DNA of 64,000 nucleotides from Alphaproteobacteria bacterium (GTDB taxonomy: Bacteria > Pseudomonadota > Alphaproteobacteria > GM7ARS4 > G965262615): assembly GCA_965262615.1 (NCBI GenBank), contig OZ253545.1, forward strand, positions 992,001-1,056,000, read 5' to 3'. Below, in pieces: positions 42,727 through 54,456 of this stretch; position 1 is the first letter of the stretch; each line of letters opens with the position of its first letter. The position numbers and the translations under genes are program-made. The notes below the pieces were generated by a model. It was given only the letters and a program-made list of their open reading frames with translations, was not told where the DNA came from and ran no database searches.

Positions 42727-43566
42727 ATGGCTCTCAAGACGCACATGCCCACAACGCCCGGCAGACGCTTTTTGATCAGCATTGATCGGCGTGGTCTGTG
42801 GAAGGGCTCGCCCGTGCCTTCTTTGACGAAGGGACTCTCCAAAACGGGCGGACGCAACAACAAGGGACGCATCACCGCCTATCATCGCGGCGGCGGACAC
42901 AAACGGCGGTATCGCATCATTGATTTCAAACGCGCCAAACGAGATATGGAAGCCAGCGTGGTGCGGCTGGAATATGATCCCAATCGCAGTGGGTTCATCG
43001 CCTTGTTGGAATACAAGGACGAGACATTGTCTTACATTCTTGCCCCGCAGGATTTGAACACGGGCGACAAGGTGATGGCGAGCGAAGAATCCGATATCAA
43101 GGTGGGATGTGCGTTGCCTCTGTGGCGCATTCCTGTGGGGACGGTGGTTCACAATGTGGAGTTGAAACCGGGCAAAGGCGGACAGCTGGCACGGTCGGCG
43201 GGGACTTCGGTGCAGATTATCGGACGAGATGCCGGCTATGTGCAGTTGCGTCTGACATCGGGCGAGTTGCGCTCGGTATTGGGACAGTGCTGGGCGACCG
43301 TTGGCATGGTGTCTAATCCTGATCAAAAAAATCGCCGTTTGGGCAAGGCGGGACGCAATCGCTGGCTGGGACGGCGTCCTGTGGTGCGCGGCTCGGCGAT
43401 GAATCCTGTGGATCATCCGCACGGCGGCGGTGAGGGCAAATCTAAAGGCGGACGGCATCCTGTCACGCCGTGGGGCGTGGCAACCAAGGGCAAGCGCACC
43501 CGTCATAATCCTGCCACCGATCGCTTTATCATTCGCCGCAGACCGCAAAAACGCAAAAAACGGTAA
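42727..43566 (+). CDS. rplB: 50S ribosomal protein L2
   Basis: [13 protein letters not shown]. Confidence 0.98.
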   Translation: MALKTHMPTTPGRRFLISIDRRGLWKGSPVPSLTKGLSKTGGRNNKGRITAYHRGGGHKRRYRIIDFKRAKRDMEASVVRLEYDPNRSGFIALLEYKDETLSYILAPQDLNTGDKVMASEESDIKVGCALPLWRIPVGTVVHNVELKPGKGGQLARSAGTSVQIIGRDAGYVQLRLTSGELRSVLGQCWATVGMVSNPDQKNRRLGKAGRNRWLGRRPVVRGSAMNPVDHPHGGGEGKSKGGRHPVTPWGVATKGKRTRHNPATDRFIIRRRPQKRKKR

Positions 43567-43571
43567 TCATC

Positions 43572-43850
43572 ATGACGCGATCTGTATGGAAAGGACCCTT
43601 TGTGGATGCGGTGCTGCTCAAAAAAGCCGAGCAGGCTCACAGTTCTGGGCGGCGCGATGCCATCAAGACATGGTCGCGCCGCTCCACCATTTTGCCCAAT
43701 TTTGTGGGTTTGACATTTGCCGTTCACAATGGACGAAAACATATTCCCGTGTTTGTCACGGAGAACATGGTGGGGCATAAGCTGGGTGAGTTTGCTCCGA
43801 CGCGCACCTATCACGGTCATGGTGGCGATAAAAAGGCAAAACGAGGATAA
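43572..43850 (+). CDS. rpsS: 30S ribosomal protein S19
   Basis: [11 protein letters not shown]. Confidence 0.98.
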   Translation: MTRSVWKGPFVDAVLLKKAEQAHSSGRRDAIKTWSRRSTILPNFVGLTFAVHNGRKHIPVFVTENMVGHKLGEFAPTRTYHGHGGDKKAKRG

Positions 43851-43852
43851 TT

Positions 43853-44239
43853 ATGACAGGCAAGAGAGTCAGAGAAGCAAAAACGGCTGAGGCGCGCCTC
43901 AAGGCTTTGCGGGTGAGTCCGCAGAAGCTGGGCTTGGTGGCACAGCTCATTCGCGGGCGGCGGGTGGATGAGGCATTGCGTGTTTTGGCTTTTTCTAAAA
44001 AGCGCATTTCGTCTGATGTGGGACGAGTCTTGGAATCGGCCGTGGCGAATGCTGAGAATAATCACTCGTTGGATATAGACAATTTGCATGTGAGTCGTGT
44101 AGAAGTGGGTAAATCCGTGACGATGAAGCGATGGCGACCGCGAGCGCGTGGGCGGCTCGGGCGTTATCGTAAGTTTTTCTCTAACCTCGTGATTGTGGTC
44201 AAAGAGGGCGCGCCGCCTCGTCACAAAAAGGAATCGTGA
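43853..44239 (+). CDS. rplV: 50S ribosomal protein L22
   Basis: [15 protein letters not shown]. Confidence 0.97.
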   Translation: MTGKRVREAKTAEARLKALRVSPQKLGLVAQLIRGRRVDEALRVLAFSKKRISSDVGRVLESAVANAENNHSLDIDNLHVSRVEVGKSVTMKRWRPRARGRLGRYRKFFSNLVIVVKEGAPPRHKKES

Positions 44240-44242
44240 CCT

Positions 44243-44944
44243 ATGGGACAAAAGACCAATCCAATCGGTTTTCGGGTGGGATATCACCGCAATTGGGACT
44301 CTCGTTGGTTTGCCCTCAAGCGTGACTACGGAGAGATTTTGCGCGAGGACATCACCATTCGCCGTTTTTTGATGAAGCGTCTGGAGTCGGCGGGCATTGC
44401 GCGGGTGGTGATTGAGCGTCCTGCCGGCAAGGTGTATGTGACTCTGTATGCGGCGCGCCCTGGCGTGATTATCGGCAAGAAGGGCGGGGATATTGAAAAA
44501 TTGCGGCGCGCTCTCAATGATATGTCTCGCAATGAGGTGATGCTCAACATCATGGATATTCGCAAACCCGAGATTGAGGCGCGCTTGGTGGCTGATAACA
44601 TTGCCCGCCAGTTAGAAAAGCGGGTGTCGTTTCGGCGGGCTTTGAAGCGGGCGATTGCGTCTGCGACACGCTTAGGTGCGAGGGGAATTCGCGTCAATGT
44701 GGGCGGACGCTTAGGCGGAGCAGAGATTGCTCGCATGGAATGGCAGCGAGAAGGGCAAGTGCCTCTGCACAAATTGCGGGCGAACATTGATTATGGCACG
44801 GCAACGGCGTTTACCACTTATGGCACATGTGGTGTCAAGGTTTGGATTTACAAAGGGGATGTGCACAGCTCTGCTTTGGAGGATGAAAAGCCTGCCAAAG
44901 ACAAGGGCGATGAATCATCGGCTGCCACCGAGAAACAAGGATAA
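44243..44944 (+). CDS. rpsC: 30S ribosomal protein S3
   Basis: [21 protein letters not shown]. Confidence 0.98.
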   Translation: MGQKTNPIGFRVGYHRNWDSRWFALKRDYGEILREDITIRRFLMKRLESAGIARVVIERPAGKVYVTLYAARPGVIIGKKGGDIEKLRRALNDMSRNEVMLNIMDIRKPEIEARLVADNIARQLEKRVSFRRALKRAIASATRLGARGIRVNVGGRLGGAEIARMEWQREGQVPLHKLRANIDYGTATAFTTYGTCGVKVWIYKGDVHSSALEDEKPAKDKGDESSAATEKQG

Positions 44945-44949
44945 CCACG

Positions 44950-45363
44950 ATGCTTTCTCCCAAACGCACCAAATTCAGAAAAGCTCACAAGGGACGCATT
45001 CACGGCACGGCGACTCGCGGCTCGTCGGTGGTTTTCGGCGCGTATGGCATGAAGGCTGTTGCGCCTGCTCGGGTGACGGCTCGTCAAATTGAGGCATCTC
45101 GGCGCGCCATGACGCGCTGCTTGCGCCGCGCTGGCAAAATTTGGATTCGCGTTTTTCCTGATGTTCCCGTCACGCAAAAAGCGGCTGAGTCTCGTCAGGG
45201 CAAGGGCAAGGGGACGGTGGAATATTGGGTGTGTCGCGTGCGTCCTGGTCGCATTTTATTTGAAATTGATGGCGTGCCGCAACACATGGCAAAACTCGCT
45301 TTTTCATTGGCGGCGGCGAAATTGCCGATGGATGTCCGCTTTGTGGAACGGAAATCATTGTGA
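44950..45363 (+). CDS. rplP: 50S ribosomal protein L16
   Basis: [15 protein letters not shown]. Confidence 0.98.
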   Translation: MLSPKRTKFRKAHKGRIHGTATRGSSVVFGAYGMKAVAPARVTARQIEASRRAMTRCLRRAGKIWIRVFPDVPVTQKAAESRQGKGKGTVEYWVCRVRPGRILFEIDGVPQHMAKLAFSLAAAKLPMDVRFVERKSL

Positions 45364-45617
45364 TGAGCCTCAAACCTTCCGACATCAGAGCCATGACCGA
45401 TGATGAGATGGAGACATCTCTCAAGAAAATGGCGCGTGAGCGACTCAATGTGCGTTTTCGTCATGCGGCATCCGAAATGGAGGATACCTCTTCCATACGC
45501 AAGATGCGCCGCGATTATGCCCGTCTTTTGACCATTCGCTCTGAGCGGGCGCGCCAAGAAGCAAAATCAGAGACGCCAAAAACAGAGACGCCAAAACTAG
45601 AGAAGAATGATGCCTAA
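45363..45617 (+). CDS. rpmC: 50S ribosomal protein L29
   Basis: RRDYARLLT; operon position. Confidence 0.92.
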   Translation: MSLKPSDIRAMTDDEMETSLKKMARERLNVRFRHAASEMEDTSSIRKMRRDYARLLTIRSERARQEAKSETPKTETPKLEKNDA

Positions 45618-45846
45618 ACGAATGATGGAAGGAATTGTGGTGAGTGACAAGGCGGATAAAACCGTCCTTGTGCTGGTGGAGCGGTTTATTTTGCATCCTC
45701 TTTACAAGAAGTATATTCGCCGCCGCAAGAAGTATGCCGCTCATGATGAGAGCAATCGCTACAAAATGGGCGATCGGGTTGTCATTGAAGAGAGTCCACC
45801 GTTCTCCAAGCGTAAGTCTTGGAGAGTCATCAGGAAGCAGTCATGA
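45610..45846 (+). CDS. rpsQ: 30S ribosomal protein S17
   Basis: [15 protein letters not shown]. Confidence 0.96.
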   Translation: MPKRMMEGIVVSDKADKTVLVLVERFILHPLYKKYIRRRKKYAAHDESNRYKMGDRVVIEESPPFSKRKSWRVIRKQS

Positions 45847-46211
45847 TTCAGATGGGAAGCCAGTTGCGGGTGGCGGATAATTCGGGCGCGCGCCTTGTGG
45901 AATGCATCAAGGTTCTGGGCGGTTCAAAACGCCGTTTTGCCTTTATTGGCGATGTGATTGTGGTGTCGGTCAAGGTTGCCATTCCGCGCTCGCGGGTGCA
46001 AAAGGGACAGGTTCATAAAGCGGTGATTGTGCGCACCGCTAAGGCTCTCAATCGGGTTGATGGCTCTGCAATTCGCTTTGATCAAAATGCCGCGGTGCTC
46101 ATCAATGAGACCGGTGAGCCTTTGGGAACGCGTATTTTTGGTCCTGTCACGCGAGAGCTGCGCGCCAAGCGGTATATGAAAATCATCTCGCTGGCACCTG
46201 AGGTCTTGTGA
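45843..46211 (+). CDS. rplN: 50S ribosomal protein L14
   Basis: VADNSGA, SLAPEVL. Confidence 0.98.
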   Translation: MIQMGSQLRVADNSGARLVECIKVLGGSKRRFAFIGDVIVVSVKVAIPRSRVQKGQVHKAVIVRTAKALNRVDGSAIRFDQNAAVLINETGEPLGTRIFGPVTRELRAKRYMKIISLAPEVL

Positions 46212-46555
46212 TGGCGCGCCCGCTGACACGGCATCATGGCATGAAGTGGAAGATTCGCCGCGGCGATCGCGTGCAGGTCATCTGTGGGCGCGACAAGGGC
46301 AAGCGAGGAGACATTTTGGCGGTGGATAAAAAACGCGAGCGGGTTCTTGTGCAGGGAGTGCAGATGGTGAAGCGTCATCAAAAGCAGTCGGTGCAATCTC
46401 AGGGGGGCATTGAGGAAAAGGAGTCTTACATCCATGTATCCAATGTGGCTTTGATTGACCCCAAAGAAGACAAGCCCACCCGCACAGGGGTGCGCTTTTT
46501 GCAAGACGGCGGCAAAAAACGCTTTGCTCGCAAATCAGGGGAGATTATTGACTGA
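46208..46555 (+). CDS. rplX: 50S ribosomal protein L24
   Basis: [14 protein letters not shown]. Confidence 0.96.
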   Translation: MMARPLTRHHGMKWKIRRGDRVQVICGRDKGKRGDILAVDKKRERVLVQGVQMVKRHQKQSVQSQGGIEEKESYIHVSNVALIDPKEDKPTRTGVRFLQDGGKKRFARKSGEIID

Positions 46556-46557
46556 CC

Positions 46558-47097
46558 ATGACGCGCCTGCAAGAGACATACAACAAAGAGATTCGCACCG
46601 CATTGCAGAAGGAATTGCAATTGCCTAATGTCATGCAGGTGCCGCGTCTTGAGAAGGTGGTGCTCAGCATGGGGGTGGGCATGGCGCGCGATGACAAAAA
46701 ACATCTCAGTGCCGCCATCAACGATTTGACCAAAATCTCTGGACAAAAACCCATGACCACCACAGCGCGCAAATCCATTGCCACCTTCAAATTACGCAAA
46801 GGCATGGCGATTGGATGCAAGGTGACGCTGCGGCATCATCGGATGTATGAGTTTATGGATCGCTTGGTGAACATTGCCTTGCCGCGGGTGCGAGATTTTC
46901 ACGGCTTGTCTCCTAAGGGATTTGATGGCAGAGGCAATTTTTCCTTTGGCATTAAGGAGCAGCTGGTGTTTCCTGAAATTGATTACGATTCCATCGATCG
47001 CGTGCGCGGCTTTAATGTGGTGATTGTCACCAGTGCCTCTGATAATGACAGTGCACAAGCGTTGTTGCGTTATTTTCATATACCCTTTATGAGTTAG
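46558..47097 (+). CDS. rplE: 50S ribosomal protein L5
   Basis: LPRVRDF, FPEIDYD. Confidence 0.98.
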   Translation: MTRLQETYNKEIRTALQKELQLPNVMQVPRLEKVVLSMGVGMARDDKKHLSAAINDLTKISGQKPMTTTARKSIATFKLRKGMAIGCKVTLRHHRMYEFMDRLVNIALPRVRDFHGLSPKGFDGRGNFSFGIKEQLVFPEIDYDSIDRVRGFNVVIVTSASDNDSAQALLRYFHIPFMS

Positions 47098-47107
47098 GAG
47101 TTGGATT

Positions 47108-47413
47108 ATGGCGCGCAAGGGGATTATTGAACGAAATGAAAAACGTCGGCGTTTGTGTCGGCGTTATGAGGCGCGCCGCGCGTCTTTGAAAAAGCAGATT
47201 TACGATAAGAACTTGAGCGATGAGGAGCGATTTCGTCTGGCATTGCGTTTGTCATTATTGCCTCGTGATTCCTCTCGGGTGCGTTTGCGCCGCCGCTGTG
47301 CCATGACGGGACGCGGGCGTGGCACTTATCGCCGTTTTGGCTTATCTCGCCTTGTGTTGCGGGAGATGGCATCGTTCGGTCAAGTTCCCGGTGTGGTGCG
47401 CTCCAGTTGGTGA
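47108..47413 (+). CDS. rpsN: 30S ribosomal protein S14 (long, non-zinc form)
   Basis: LPRDSS, PGVVRSSW. Confidence 0.96.
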   Translation: MARKGIIERNEKRRRLCRRYEARRASLKKQIYDKNLSDEERFRLALRLSLLPRDSSRVRLRRRCAMTGRGRGTYRRFGLSRLVLREMASFGQVPGVVRSSW

Positions 47414-47417
47414 TGCC

Positions 47418-47816
47418 ATGACAATGACCGATCCACTCGCTGATATGCTGACGCGCATTCGCAATGGGCAAGATGCTCATAAGGAGACGGTGCGCTGTTC
47501 TTTTTCGCGTCTGCGCATGGAGGTGCTGCGGGTGCTCAAGGAAGAGGGATACATCACCGATTATCGCCAAGAAAAAGATGACAGAGGCATCGCGTTTTTA
47601 GAAATCACGCTGAAGTATTATGAAGGGGCGGGCGTGATTCAGGAGATTGCCCGAGTGTCTCGTCCGGGCAGGCGGGTTTATTGTGATGTTTCGTCTTTGC
47701 CGCATGTTTATTCGGGGTTGGGGACGGCGATTTTATCCACCTCCAGTGGCGTGATGTCGGATGCTCACGCCCGTGAGCAATCGGTGGGCGGCGAATTTTT
47801 GTGTCGGGTGTTTTGA
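47418..47816 (+). CDS. rpsH: 30S ribosomal protein S8
   Basis: DPLADMLTRIRN. Confidence 0.97.
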   Translation: MTMTDPLADMLTRIRNGQDAHKETVRCSFSRLRMEVLRVLKEEGYITDYRQEKDDRGIAFLEITLKYYEGAGVIQEIARVSRPGRRVYCDVSSLPHVYSGLGTAILSTSSGVMSDAHAREQSVGGEFLCRVF

Positions 47817-47818
47817 TT

Positions 47819-48352
47819 ATGTCGCGTGTGGGAAAGACAATCATTGCCATTCCTCAAGGCACACAGGTGACCCTTGCAGGACAGCAAGTGACGGCTGCCG
47901 GCAAGCTGGGCTCACTCACCTATCGCTTGCCTCATGACATTGAATTGAATCGGGAGGGTGAATCATTGCAATTGGTGCCGCGTCATCTCAGTCGGCGCAG
48001 CCGCTCGCTGTGGGGGACGGCTCGCGCGAGGGTGGCAAACATTGTGGAAGGCGTGAGCAATGGCTTTCGGCTTTTCATTGTGGTGGAGGGCGTTGGCTAT
48101 CGCGCGCAAAAAAAGGGCAATGATTTGGTTATTCAGGCGGGCTACAGCCATGATGTGGTGATGACGCCTCCCGAAGGCGTGACGGTGGAGTGTCCCTCTG
48201 CCAATGAGATTGAGGTTTTTGGCAGTGACAAGCAGCTGGTGGGACAATTTGCCGCTCTCATCTGTAAGGTGCGTCCGCCTGAACCCTACAAAGGCAAGGG
48301 AATCCGATTGAAAGAGCGGGTGATTGTGCGTAAAGAAGGAAAGAAGAAGTAA
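47819..48352 (+). CDS. rplF: 50S ribosomal protein L6
   Basis: PEPYKGKGI. Confidence 0.97.
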   Translation: MSRVGKTIIAIPQGTQVTLAGQQVTAAGKLGSLTYRLPHDIELNREGESLQLVPRHLSRRSRSLWGTARARVANIVEGVSNGFRLFIVVEGVGYRAQKKGNDLVIQAGYSHDVVMTPPEGVTVECPSANEIEVFGSDKQLVGQFAALICKVRPPEPYKGKGIRLKERVIVRKEGKKK

Positions 48353-48353
48353 C

Positions 48354-48719
48354 ATGGATGTGCGGGAACTTCAGAGACGACATCGCCGCCGCGCTCGGGT
48401 GCGCTACCGCTTGTTGCGTCATAACAACGGCTTGCCGCGTCTCAGTGTTCATCGCAGTCATCGTCACATGTATGCTCAGATTATTGATGATGCCAAAGGC
48501 GAGACTCTTGTTGCGGCATCAACGCTGGAGAAAGATGTGCGCGCGGCGTTTGCCCGTGGCAGCAACAAAGAGGCGGCATCACACATTGGCACATTGATTG
48601 CTCAGCGCGCTGTTGAGAAAAAAATCACAAAGGTGATTTTTGACAGAGGATTATACCGCTATCATGGACGAGTGCGCGCCGTGGCGGAAGCCTCTCGTGC
48701 CGCCGGATTACAGTGTTAG
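48354..48719 (+). CDS. rplR: 50S ribosomal protein L18
   Basis: [12 protein letters not shown]. Confidence 0.97.
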   Translation: MDVRELQRRHRRRARVRYRLLRHNNGLPRLSVHRSHRHMYAQIIDDAKGETLVAASTLEKDVRAAFARGSNKEAASHIGTLIAQRAVEKKITKVIFDRGLYRYHGRVRAVAEASRAAGLQC

Positions 48720-48725
48720 GATGAG

Positions 48726-49472
48726 ATGATGAACGAAACAGAGATGCCAACAAAAGAAAAGTCTGAACAAAAGACCGTTTCTCCCAATGCCGCGTCAGCT
48801 CCTCCCCCCAAAGGGAGGGATGATTCTGCTCGCGGCAAGCGTGGTCGTGGCGGACGCGGTCAATCTCGTGATGAGGATGATGGTTTGTTGGATCGGTTGG
48901 TTTCGGTCAATCGTGTGGCGAAGGTTGTCAAAGGCGGTCGGCGTTTTGGTTTTGCGGCACTGGTGGTGGTGGGAGACGGCAATGGCAAAGTGGGGCATGG
49001 CAATGGCAAGGCAAAGGAAATATCTGAAGCCATTCGCAAAGCCACCGAAAAGGCAAAACACATGATGATGCGTGTTCCTCTGCGACAGGGACGCACCTTG
49101 CACTATGACATGAAAGGACGCTATGGCGCGGGCAAGGTGGTGTTGCGTGCTGCGCCACCGGGCACGGGAATCATTGCGGGCGGTCCCATGCGGGCGATTT
49201 TTGAGGTGTTGGGGGTTGAGGATGTGGTCACCAAATCAATTGGCACATCCAATCCTCACAACATGATTCGTGCCACCTTTGCGGCGTTTCGTTCGGTGCG
49301 TGCACCCCGTGTGATTGCCGCCAAGCGCGGCATCACCATGAAAGAACTCGCCACACGGCGCGATGACTTGATGAAGCAGGTCAAAGCACCTGTCACCAAA
49401 GAAGAAAAGAAAAAAGCCAAACCCCCTGCCAAAAAAACGCCTCAAAGTGCTAAGCCAGCGAAGAAATCATGA
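48726..49472 (+). CDS. rpsE: 30S ribosomal protein S5
   Basis: [17 protein letters not shown]. Confidence 0.97.
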   Translation: MMNETEMPTKEKSEQKTVSPNAASAPPPKGRDDSARGKRGRGGRGQSRDEDDGLLDRLVSVNRVAKVVKGGRRFGFAALVVVGDGNGKVGHGNGKAKEISEAIRKATEKAKHMMMRVPLRQGRTLHYDMKGRYGAGKVVLRAAPPGTGIIAGGPMRAIFEVLGVEDVVTKSIGTSNPHNMIRATFAAFRSVRAPRVIAAKRGITMKELATRRDDLMKQVKAPVTKEEKKKAKPPAKKTPQSAKPAKKS

Positions 49473-49663
49473 CCAAGCCGTGGATTATCAAACAGGTGAA
49501 AAGCAGTCACGGACGCATGCGCCGCCAGCGTGCCAGCCTGGTGGGATTGGGATTGGGACGCATCGGCAAAGTCAGCACGCGCCAAGATTCCGCCGCCATT
49601 CGCGGCATGATTGCAAAAGTGCGTCATCTCATCGCCATTGAACAAGAGGGAGGTGAGTCATGA
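49469..49663 (+). CDS. rpmD: 50S ribosomal protein L30
   Basis: GMIAKVRHL. Confidence 0.94.
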   Translation: MTKPWIIKQVKSSHGRMRRQRASLVGLGLGRIGKVSTRQDSAAIRGMIAKVRHLIAIEQEGGES

Positions 49664-50151
49664 TCAAGCTCAATCAGCTGCGCGAACAAAACGGTGCCCG
49701 TCCCACCAGCAAACGACTGGGGCGAGGGCATGGCTCCGGCAAGGGCAAGACATCAGGGCGAGGACATAAAGGATACAAGTCGCGAGCGGGCTCTGCCGTC
49801 AAGGGATTTGAGGGCGGACAAATGCCACTTCACATGCGGTTGCCCAAAAGAGGATTTCGCAACATTTTCGCCAAACGACTCACTGAAGTCACCATGAGTC
49901 GTCTCAATCAGGCATTGGCAAAGGGAGTCATCAAAGCGGGGGAGGCACTGGACGAGGCGGCGTTATTGGAACGCACAATTGTGCGCCGCACGCGAGACGG
50001 CATTCGCCTCATTGGCAATGATGAAGTGACGGCTTCATTGCAATTGACGGTCTCTCAAGCATCATCGGGTGCGGTGGCGGCAATTGAAAAAGCGGGCGGC
50101 AGTGTCACGGTGACAGACCCAAAGACTGACAACACAGAGGAGAATTCCTAA
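49660..50151 (+). CDS. rplO: 50S ribosomal protein L15
   Basis: GFEGGQMPL. Confidence 0.97.
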   Translation: MIKLNQLREQNGARPTSKRLGRGHGSGKGKTSGRGHKGYKSRAGSAVKGFEGGQMPLHMRLPKRGFRNIFAKRLTEVTMSRLNQALAKGVIKAGEALDEAALLERTIVRRTRDGIRLIGNDEVTASLQLTVSQASSGAVAAIEKAGGSVTVTDPKTDNTEENS

Positions 50152-51494
50152 TGGCGACTCTTGCCGAAAAAATGGCAGCCAATCTCAATCTGTCGGTGCT
50201 TGCTAAAGCGGAGACTTTGAAAAGGCGTCTGTGGTTCACTTTGGGGGCTTTGGTGATTTATCGCTTTGGCTCTTATGTGCCCATCCCCGGCATTGACCCA
50301 GCCGCCCTTGAGCAGATTTTTGAACAGAACGCCGGCGGTATTTTGGGCATGTTTGATATGTTCGCTGGCGGCGCACTGGGACGCATGACCATCTTTGCCC
50401 TTAATATCATTCCTTACATTTCTGCGTCTATTATCATGCAGCTGATGATGGCGGCATCGCCTCAGTTGGGTCAGTTGAAAAAAGAGGGGGAGAGCGGACG
50501 CAAAAAAATCAATCAATACACTCGTTACGGCACGGTGTTTTTGGCATCATTTCAGTCTTTGGGCATTGCCATTGGCTTGGAGAATCTGCCCGGTCCTTTG
50601 GGCTATGCGGTGATTGATCCGGGTGTGTTTTTTCGCATCTCCACAGTGATTACCCTTGTGGGAGGGACGATGTTTCTGGTGTGGCTGGGTGAGCAAATCA
50701 CGCAGCGTGGTGTTGGCAACGGCATTTCTTTGATTATTTTTGCGGGCATTGTCGCCAATCTGCCATCTGCCTTGTTGGGAACGCTGGAATTGGGACGCAC
50801 CGGAGCGTTCTCTATGGCTTTTTTGCTGGGATTTTTTCTGATGGCATTGCTGGTGATTGGCTTCATCATTTTTATGGAGCGAGGACAAAGACGCTTGCTG
50901 GTGCAGTATCCCAAGCGTCAGGTGGGCAATCGCATGATGGGAGGGGATAACACCCATTTGCCCCTCAAATTGAACAGCTCCGGTGTGATTCCGCCGATTT
51001 TTGCCAGTTCTTTGTTGCTATTGCCGGCATCGGTGGCGGGATTTCAAGCGGCGGGCGGTCCCGATTGGCTTTATGATTTTTCCACCATTTTGAGCCCGGG
51101 GCAGCCTGTGTATATGTCTCTTTATGTTGCCTTGATTATTTTCTTTGCCTTCTTTTACACGGCGATTGTGGTCAATCCTGAGGACACGGCAGAGAATTTG
51201 CGCAAGAATGGCGGCTATATTCCGGGCATTCGCCCTGGAGCGGGGACGGCGGATTATTTGGATCGCATTTTGACTCGTCTGACGGTGGTGGGGTCAATTT
51301 ATTTGGCATTGGTGTGTTTGTTGCCCGAGATGCTGATTGCTCGCTATTCTGTTCCATTTTATTTTGGCGGCACATCGTTGCTCATTATTGTGACGGTGAC
51401 CATGGACACGGTGGCTCAGGTTCAGTCTCATTTGATTGCTCATCAATATGAGGGCTTGCTGCGCAAATCACGCTTGCGAGGCGCGCGACGGTGA
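50151..51494 (+). CDS. secY: Preprotein translocase SecY
   Basis: PYISASII, GVIPPIFASS, IPGIRPG. Confidence 0.98.
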   Translation: MATLAEKMAANLNLSVLAKAETLKRRLWFTLGALVIYRFGSYVPIPGIDPAALEQIFEQNAGGILGMFDMFAGGALGRMTIFALNIIPYISASIIMQLMMAASPQLGQLKKEGESGRKKINQYTRYGTVFLASFQSLGIAIGLENLPGPLGYAVIDPGVFFRISTVITLVGGTMFLVWLGEQITQRGVGNGISLIIFAGIVANLPSALLGTLELGRTGAFSMAFLLGFFLMALLVIGFIIFMERGQRRLLVQYPKRQVGNRMMGGDNTHLPLKLNSSGVIPPIFASSLLLLPASVAGFQAAGGPDWLYDFSTILSPGQPVYMSLYVALIIFFAFFYTAIVVNPEDTAENLRKNGGYIPGIRPGAGTADYLDRILTRLTVVGSIYLALVCLLPEMLIARYSVPFYFGGTSLLIIVTVTMDTVAQVQSHLIAHQYEGLLRKSRLRGARR

Positions 51495-52045
51495 ATATTG
51501 TCTTGATGGGCGCGCCCGGTGCCGGCAAAGGAACGCAAGCCACGGCTTTGGTGAGCCGTTATCATTTGCAGTCACTGGCAACGGGTGATTTGTTGCGCTC
51601 TGCGGTGGATGAAGGAACGCCTTTGGGATTGCAAATCGCCGCCACTTTGGAAGCCGGAGATTTGGTGAATGATGACACCGTCATTCAATTGATTGCCTCT
51701 CGTGTGCAAGGGGGCAACGGCAATTTTTTGTTTGACGGGTTTCCCCGCACATTGGGGCAGGCTCAAGCATTGAATCAATTGCTTGAAGAACACGGTCTGG
51801 CTTTGCAGGCGGTGATTTTTTTGCAGGTGTCGGATTCTCTTGTGGTGGAGCGTTTGTTGGCCCGTGGACGCAATGATGATGAAGAGGAGGTGATTCGTCA
51901 TCGCCTCCACACCTATTATGAGAAAACCGCACCCTTGCGTGACTATTACGAAGCGAAAAATCTTGCTGTCACCATTGACGGTGAGGGCAGTGTGGAGGCT
52001 GTGGGCACGCGTCTTTATGAATTTGTTGATGGTTTGGGTGATTGA
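51491..52045 (+). CDS. adk: Adenylate kinase (short-LID type)
   Basis: GAPGAGKGTQ, DGFPRT. Confidence 0.96.
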   Translation: MNIVLMGAPGAGKGTQATALVSRYHLQSLATGDLLRSAVDEGTPLGLQIAATLEAGDLVNDDTVIQLIASRVQGGNGNFLFDGFPRTLGQAQALNQLLEEHGLALQAVIFLQVSDSLVVERLLARGRNDDEEEVIRHRLHTYYEKTAPLRDYYEAKNLAVTIDGEGSVEAVGTRLYEFVDGLGD

Positions 52046-52102
52046 CTTTGAGGAAAGTTTTTTGCATATCATATCTATTCTTTGTTTTTATGGAGGTGCA
52101 TG

Positions 52103-52474
52103 GTGGCACGGATAGCGGGAATTAACATTCCAACGCAAAAGCGTTTGGTTGTGGCTTTGACCTATATTCATGGAATTGGGTCAAAGCGCAGTGCCGATGT
52201 GTGTGTGGCGGCGGGACTTGACGGCTCGACGCGCGTGAGCCAGCTGGGTGAAGAACAGGTGATAAAGCTGCGGGAGATTATTGAAAAAGATCAGATGGTG
52301 GAAGGAGATCTCCGCAGAGAGACCGCAATGAATTTGAAGCGCATGATGGATATTGGTTGCTATAGAGGTTTGCGTCATCGCAAGGGTTTGCCTGTGCGTG
52401 GACAGCGCACGCACACCAATGCCCGCACCCGCAGAGGACGAGCCGTGCCCATTGCCGGCAAGAAGAAGGCATAA
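52103..52474 (+). CDS. rpsM: 30S ribosomal protein S13
   Basis: [12 protein letters not shown]. Confidence 0.98.
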   Translation: MARIAGINIPTQKRLVVALTYIHGIGSKRSADVCVAAGLDGSTRVSQLGEEQVIKLREIIEKDQMVEGDLRRETAMNLKRMMDIGCYRGLRHRKGLPVRGQRTHTNARTRRGRAVPIAGKKKA

Positions 52475-52477
52475 TCC

Positions 52478-52849
52478 ATGGCAGTCAAGAAGAAAATCAA
52501 TACGGGACCCGCTGCGATCGCTCATATTCGCGCGAGCTTCAATAACACCATTGTCACCATTACCGATTCCAAAGGACAGACCCTCACATGGGCATCCGCG
52601 GGCACGCAAGGATACAAGGGAGCTCGTAAATCCACTCCCTATGCCGCTCAGATGGCGGCTGAAGAGGCGGGGAGAAAAGCCATGGACATGGGGGTCAAAT
52701 ACCTTGATGTCATGATCAATGGCCCGGGCGCAGGCAGGGAATCGGCTTTGCGTGTTCTCAACGCTATTGGGCTCTCCATTAAAACCATTCGCGATGTGAC
52801 ACCCATTCCTCATAATGGGTGTCGTCCCCCCAAACGGCGGCGCGTCTGA
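52478..52849 (+). CDS. rpsK: 30S ribosomal protein S11
   Basis: [13 protein letters not shown]. Confidence 0.98.
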   Translation: MAVKKKINTGPAAIAHIRASFNNTIVTITDSKGQTLTWASAGTQGYKGARKSTPYAAQMAAEEAGRKAMDMGVKYLDVMINGPGAGRESALRVLNAIGLSIKTIRDVTPIPHNGCRPPKRRRV

Positions 52850-52870
52850 TTCATCACACGAAGGAACACC

Positions 52871-53920
52871 ATGGAGCAACATCACGATATTTTGCAAAAG
52901 AATTGGACTGAACTGATCAAGCCCAAAAAGATAGGGGTGAAGAATTTGCTTGGCAAAGAGGTCAGTCACGGAGCGCAATTGGTTATTCAACCGTTGGAGC
53001 GGGGATTTGGTCATACTTTGGGCAATGCGTTGCGTCGGGTTTTGTTGTCATCGTTACAGGGGGCGGCGATCACCAGCGTCAAGATTGACAAGGTGCAGCA
53101 CGAATTCTCAAACATTGAGGGTGTCCATGAGGATGTCACCGATATCATTCTCAATTTGAAAACACTGCCTTTGAAGATGAACAGTGACCAGGTCGTCAAG
53201 GTGATGCTCTCTGCCAAGAAAGCAGGAGCGGTCACCGCCGCCGCCATTGAGGAGAAATCCCAATTGCAAATTCTCAATAAGAAGCATCACATTTGCACGC
53301 TGGATCGCAATATTGATTTGTCTATGGAGCTCACGGTGGAGATGGGAAAGGGATATGTGTCGGCACAGAGCGTGCCACGCGATGAGAACATGCCCATTGG
53401 TGTTATTATGGTGGATGCGTTGTTTTCTCCTGTGCGTCGGGTGCGCTATCATGTGGAGAATGCCCGTGTGGGACAGATGACCGATTATGACAAGCTCATC
53501 ATGGAGGTGGATACCGATGGCACGGTGTCTCCTGAGGATGCCATTGGGCTCGCGGCTCGTATTTTGCAAGAACAGCTTCAATTGCTGGTGAATTTTGATG
53601 ATCCCGCCGTCAAAAGTGAAGAAGCCAGCGATCGCGGTTTGGGCTTTGATAAGTGGCTGTTGCGCACGGTGGATGACTTGGAGCTATCGGTGCGAGCCTA
53701 TAATTGTCTCAAACATGAGGGGATTTTCTACATTGGCGACTTGGTGCGAAAAACCGAGCTTGCCATGCTGCAAACGCCGAATTTTGGACGCAAATCTCTC
53801 AATGAAATCAAGGATAAACTCAAAGAGCGGGGCTTGTTTTTGGGCATGGAAGTGGAAGAATGGCCTCCTGAGAATTTAGAAGAGCTGGCTCGTAAGATTA
53901 AGATTGAGGAGACTTATTGA
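52871..53920 (+). CDS. rpoA: RNA polymerase alpha subunit
   Basis: [18 protein letters not shown]. Confidence 0.98.
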   Translation: MEQHHDILQKNWTELIKPKKIGVKNLLGKEVSHGAQLVIQPLERGFGHTLGNALRRVLLSSLQGAAITSVKIDKVQHEFSNIEGVHEDVTDIILNLKTLPLKMNSDQVVKVMLSAKKAGAVTAAAIEEKSQLQILNKKHHICTLDRNIDLSMELTVEMGKGYVSAQSVPRDENMPIGVIMVDALFSPVRRVRYHVENARVGQMTDYDKLIMEVDTDGTVSPEDAIGLAARILQEQLQLLVNFDDPAVKSEEASDRGLGFDKWLLRTVDDLELSVRAYNCLKHEGIFYIGDLVRKTELAMLQTPNFGRKSLNEIKDKLKERGLFLGMEVEEWPPENLEELARKIKIEETY

Positions 53921-54456
53921 TGCGCCATCGTCTTCGGCAAGTAAAGTTGAATCGGACGAAGTCTCATCGGGATGCGATGTTTGCCAATATGGCGGTGTCT
54001 TTGATTATCCATGAGCAGATTAAAACCACTGTGGCGAAGGCGAAGGCTTTGCGCCCACAGGTGGAGCGTTTGGTGACGGCGGCAAAGAAGGGGCGTCTTC
54101 ACGATCGCAGGCGGGCAACGGCGTTTTTGCAAGATGATGCGTGTGTGCGCAAACTGATGGATGTGTTGGCGGAGCGTTATCGTCAGCGAGCGGGCGGCTA
54201 TCTTCGCATTATGCGCGCAGGGCATCGGTATGGTGATTATGCACCGATGGCTTATATTGAATTTGTCGACCGAGATGGAGAGGCGAAAGGCGCGGCGGAT
54301 TTGGCGAGAGTTCAAGAAAGCGGCAAGGAATCATCCGGCGGTGAGGAGCGCGCTTCTTCGGAAACAGAAAACAAATCAACGCCACAAAAGAAGAAGAGTG
54401 GATTATTCAATTTCATGCGTGGCTCAGACGATGACAAGAAGCCCTCATCGACATGA
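53920..54456 (+). CDS. rplQ: 50S ribosomal protein L17
   Basis: MRHR, TTVAKAK, GGYLRI. Confidence 0.96.
   Translation: MRHRLRQVKLNRTKSHRDAMFANMAVSLIIHEQIKTTVAKAKALRPQVERLVTAAKKGRLHDRRRATAFLQDDACVRKLMDVLAERYRQRAGGYLRIMRAGHRYGDYAPMAYIEFVDRDGEAKGAADLARVQESGKESSGGEERASSETENKSTPQKKKSGLFNFMRGSDDDKKPSST

Noticed and set aside
52478-53920. Absence of rpsD, rpmJ and infA from the spc/alpha operons, and of ssrA next to smpB
   Set aside because: Usual alphaproteobacterial arrangement.
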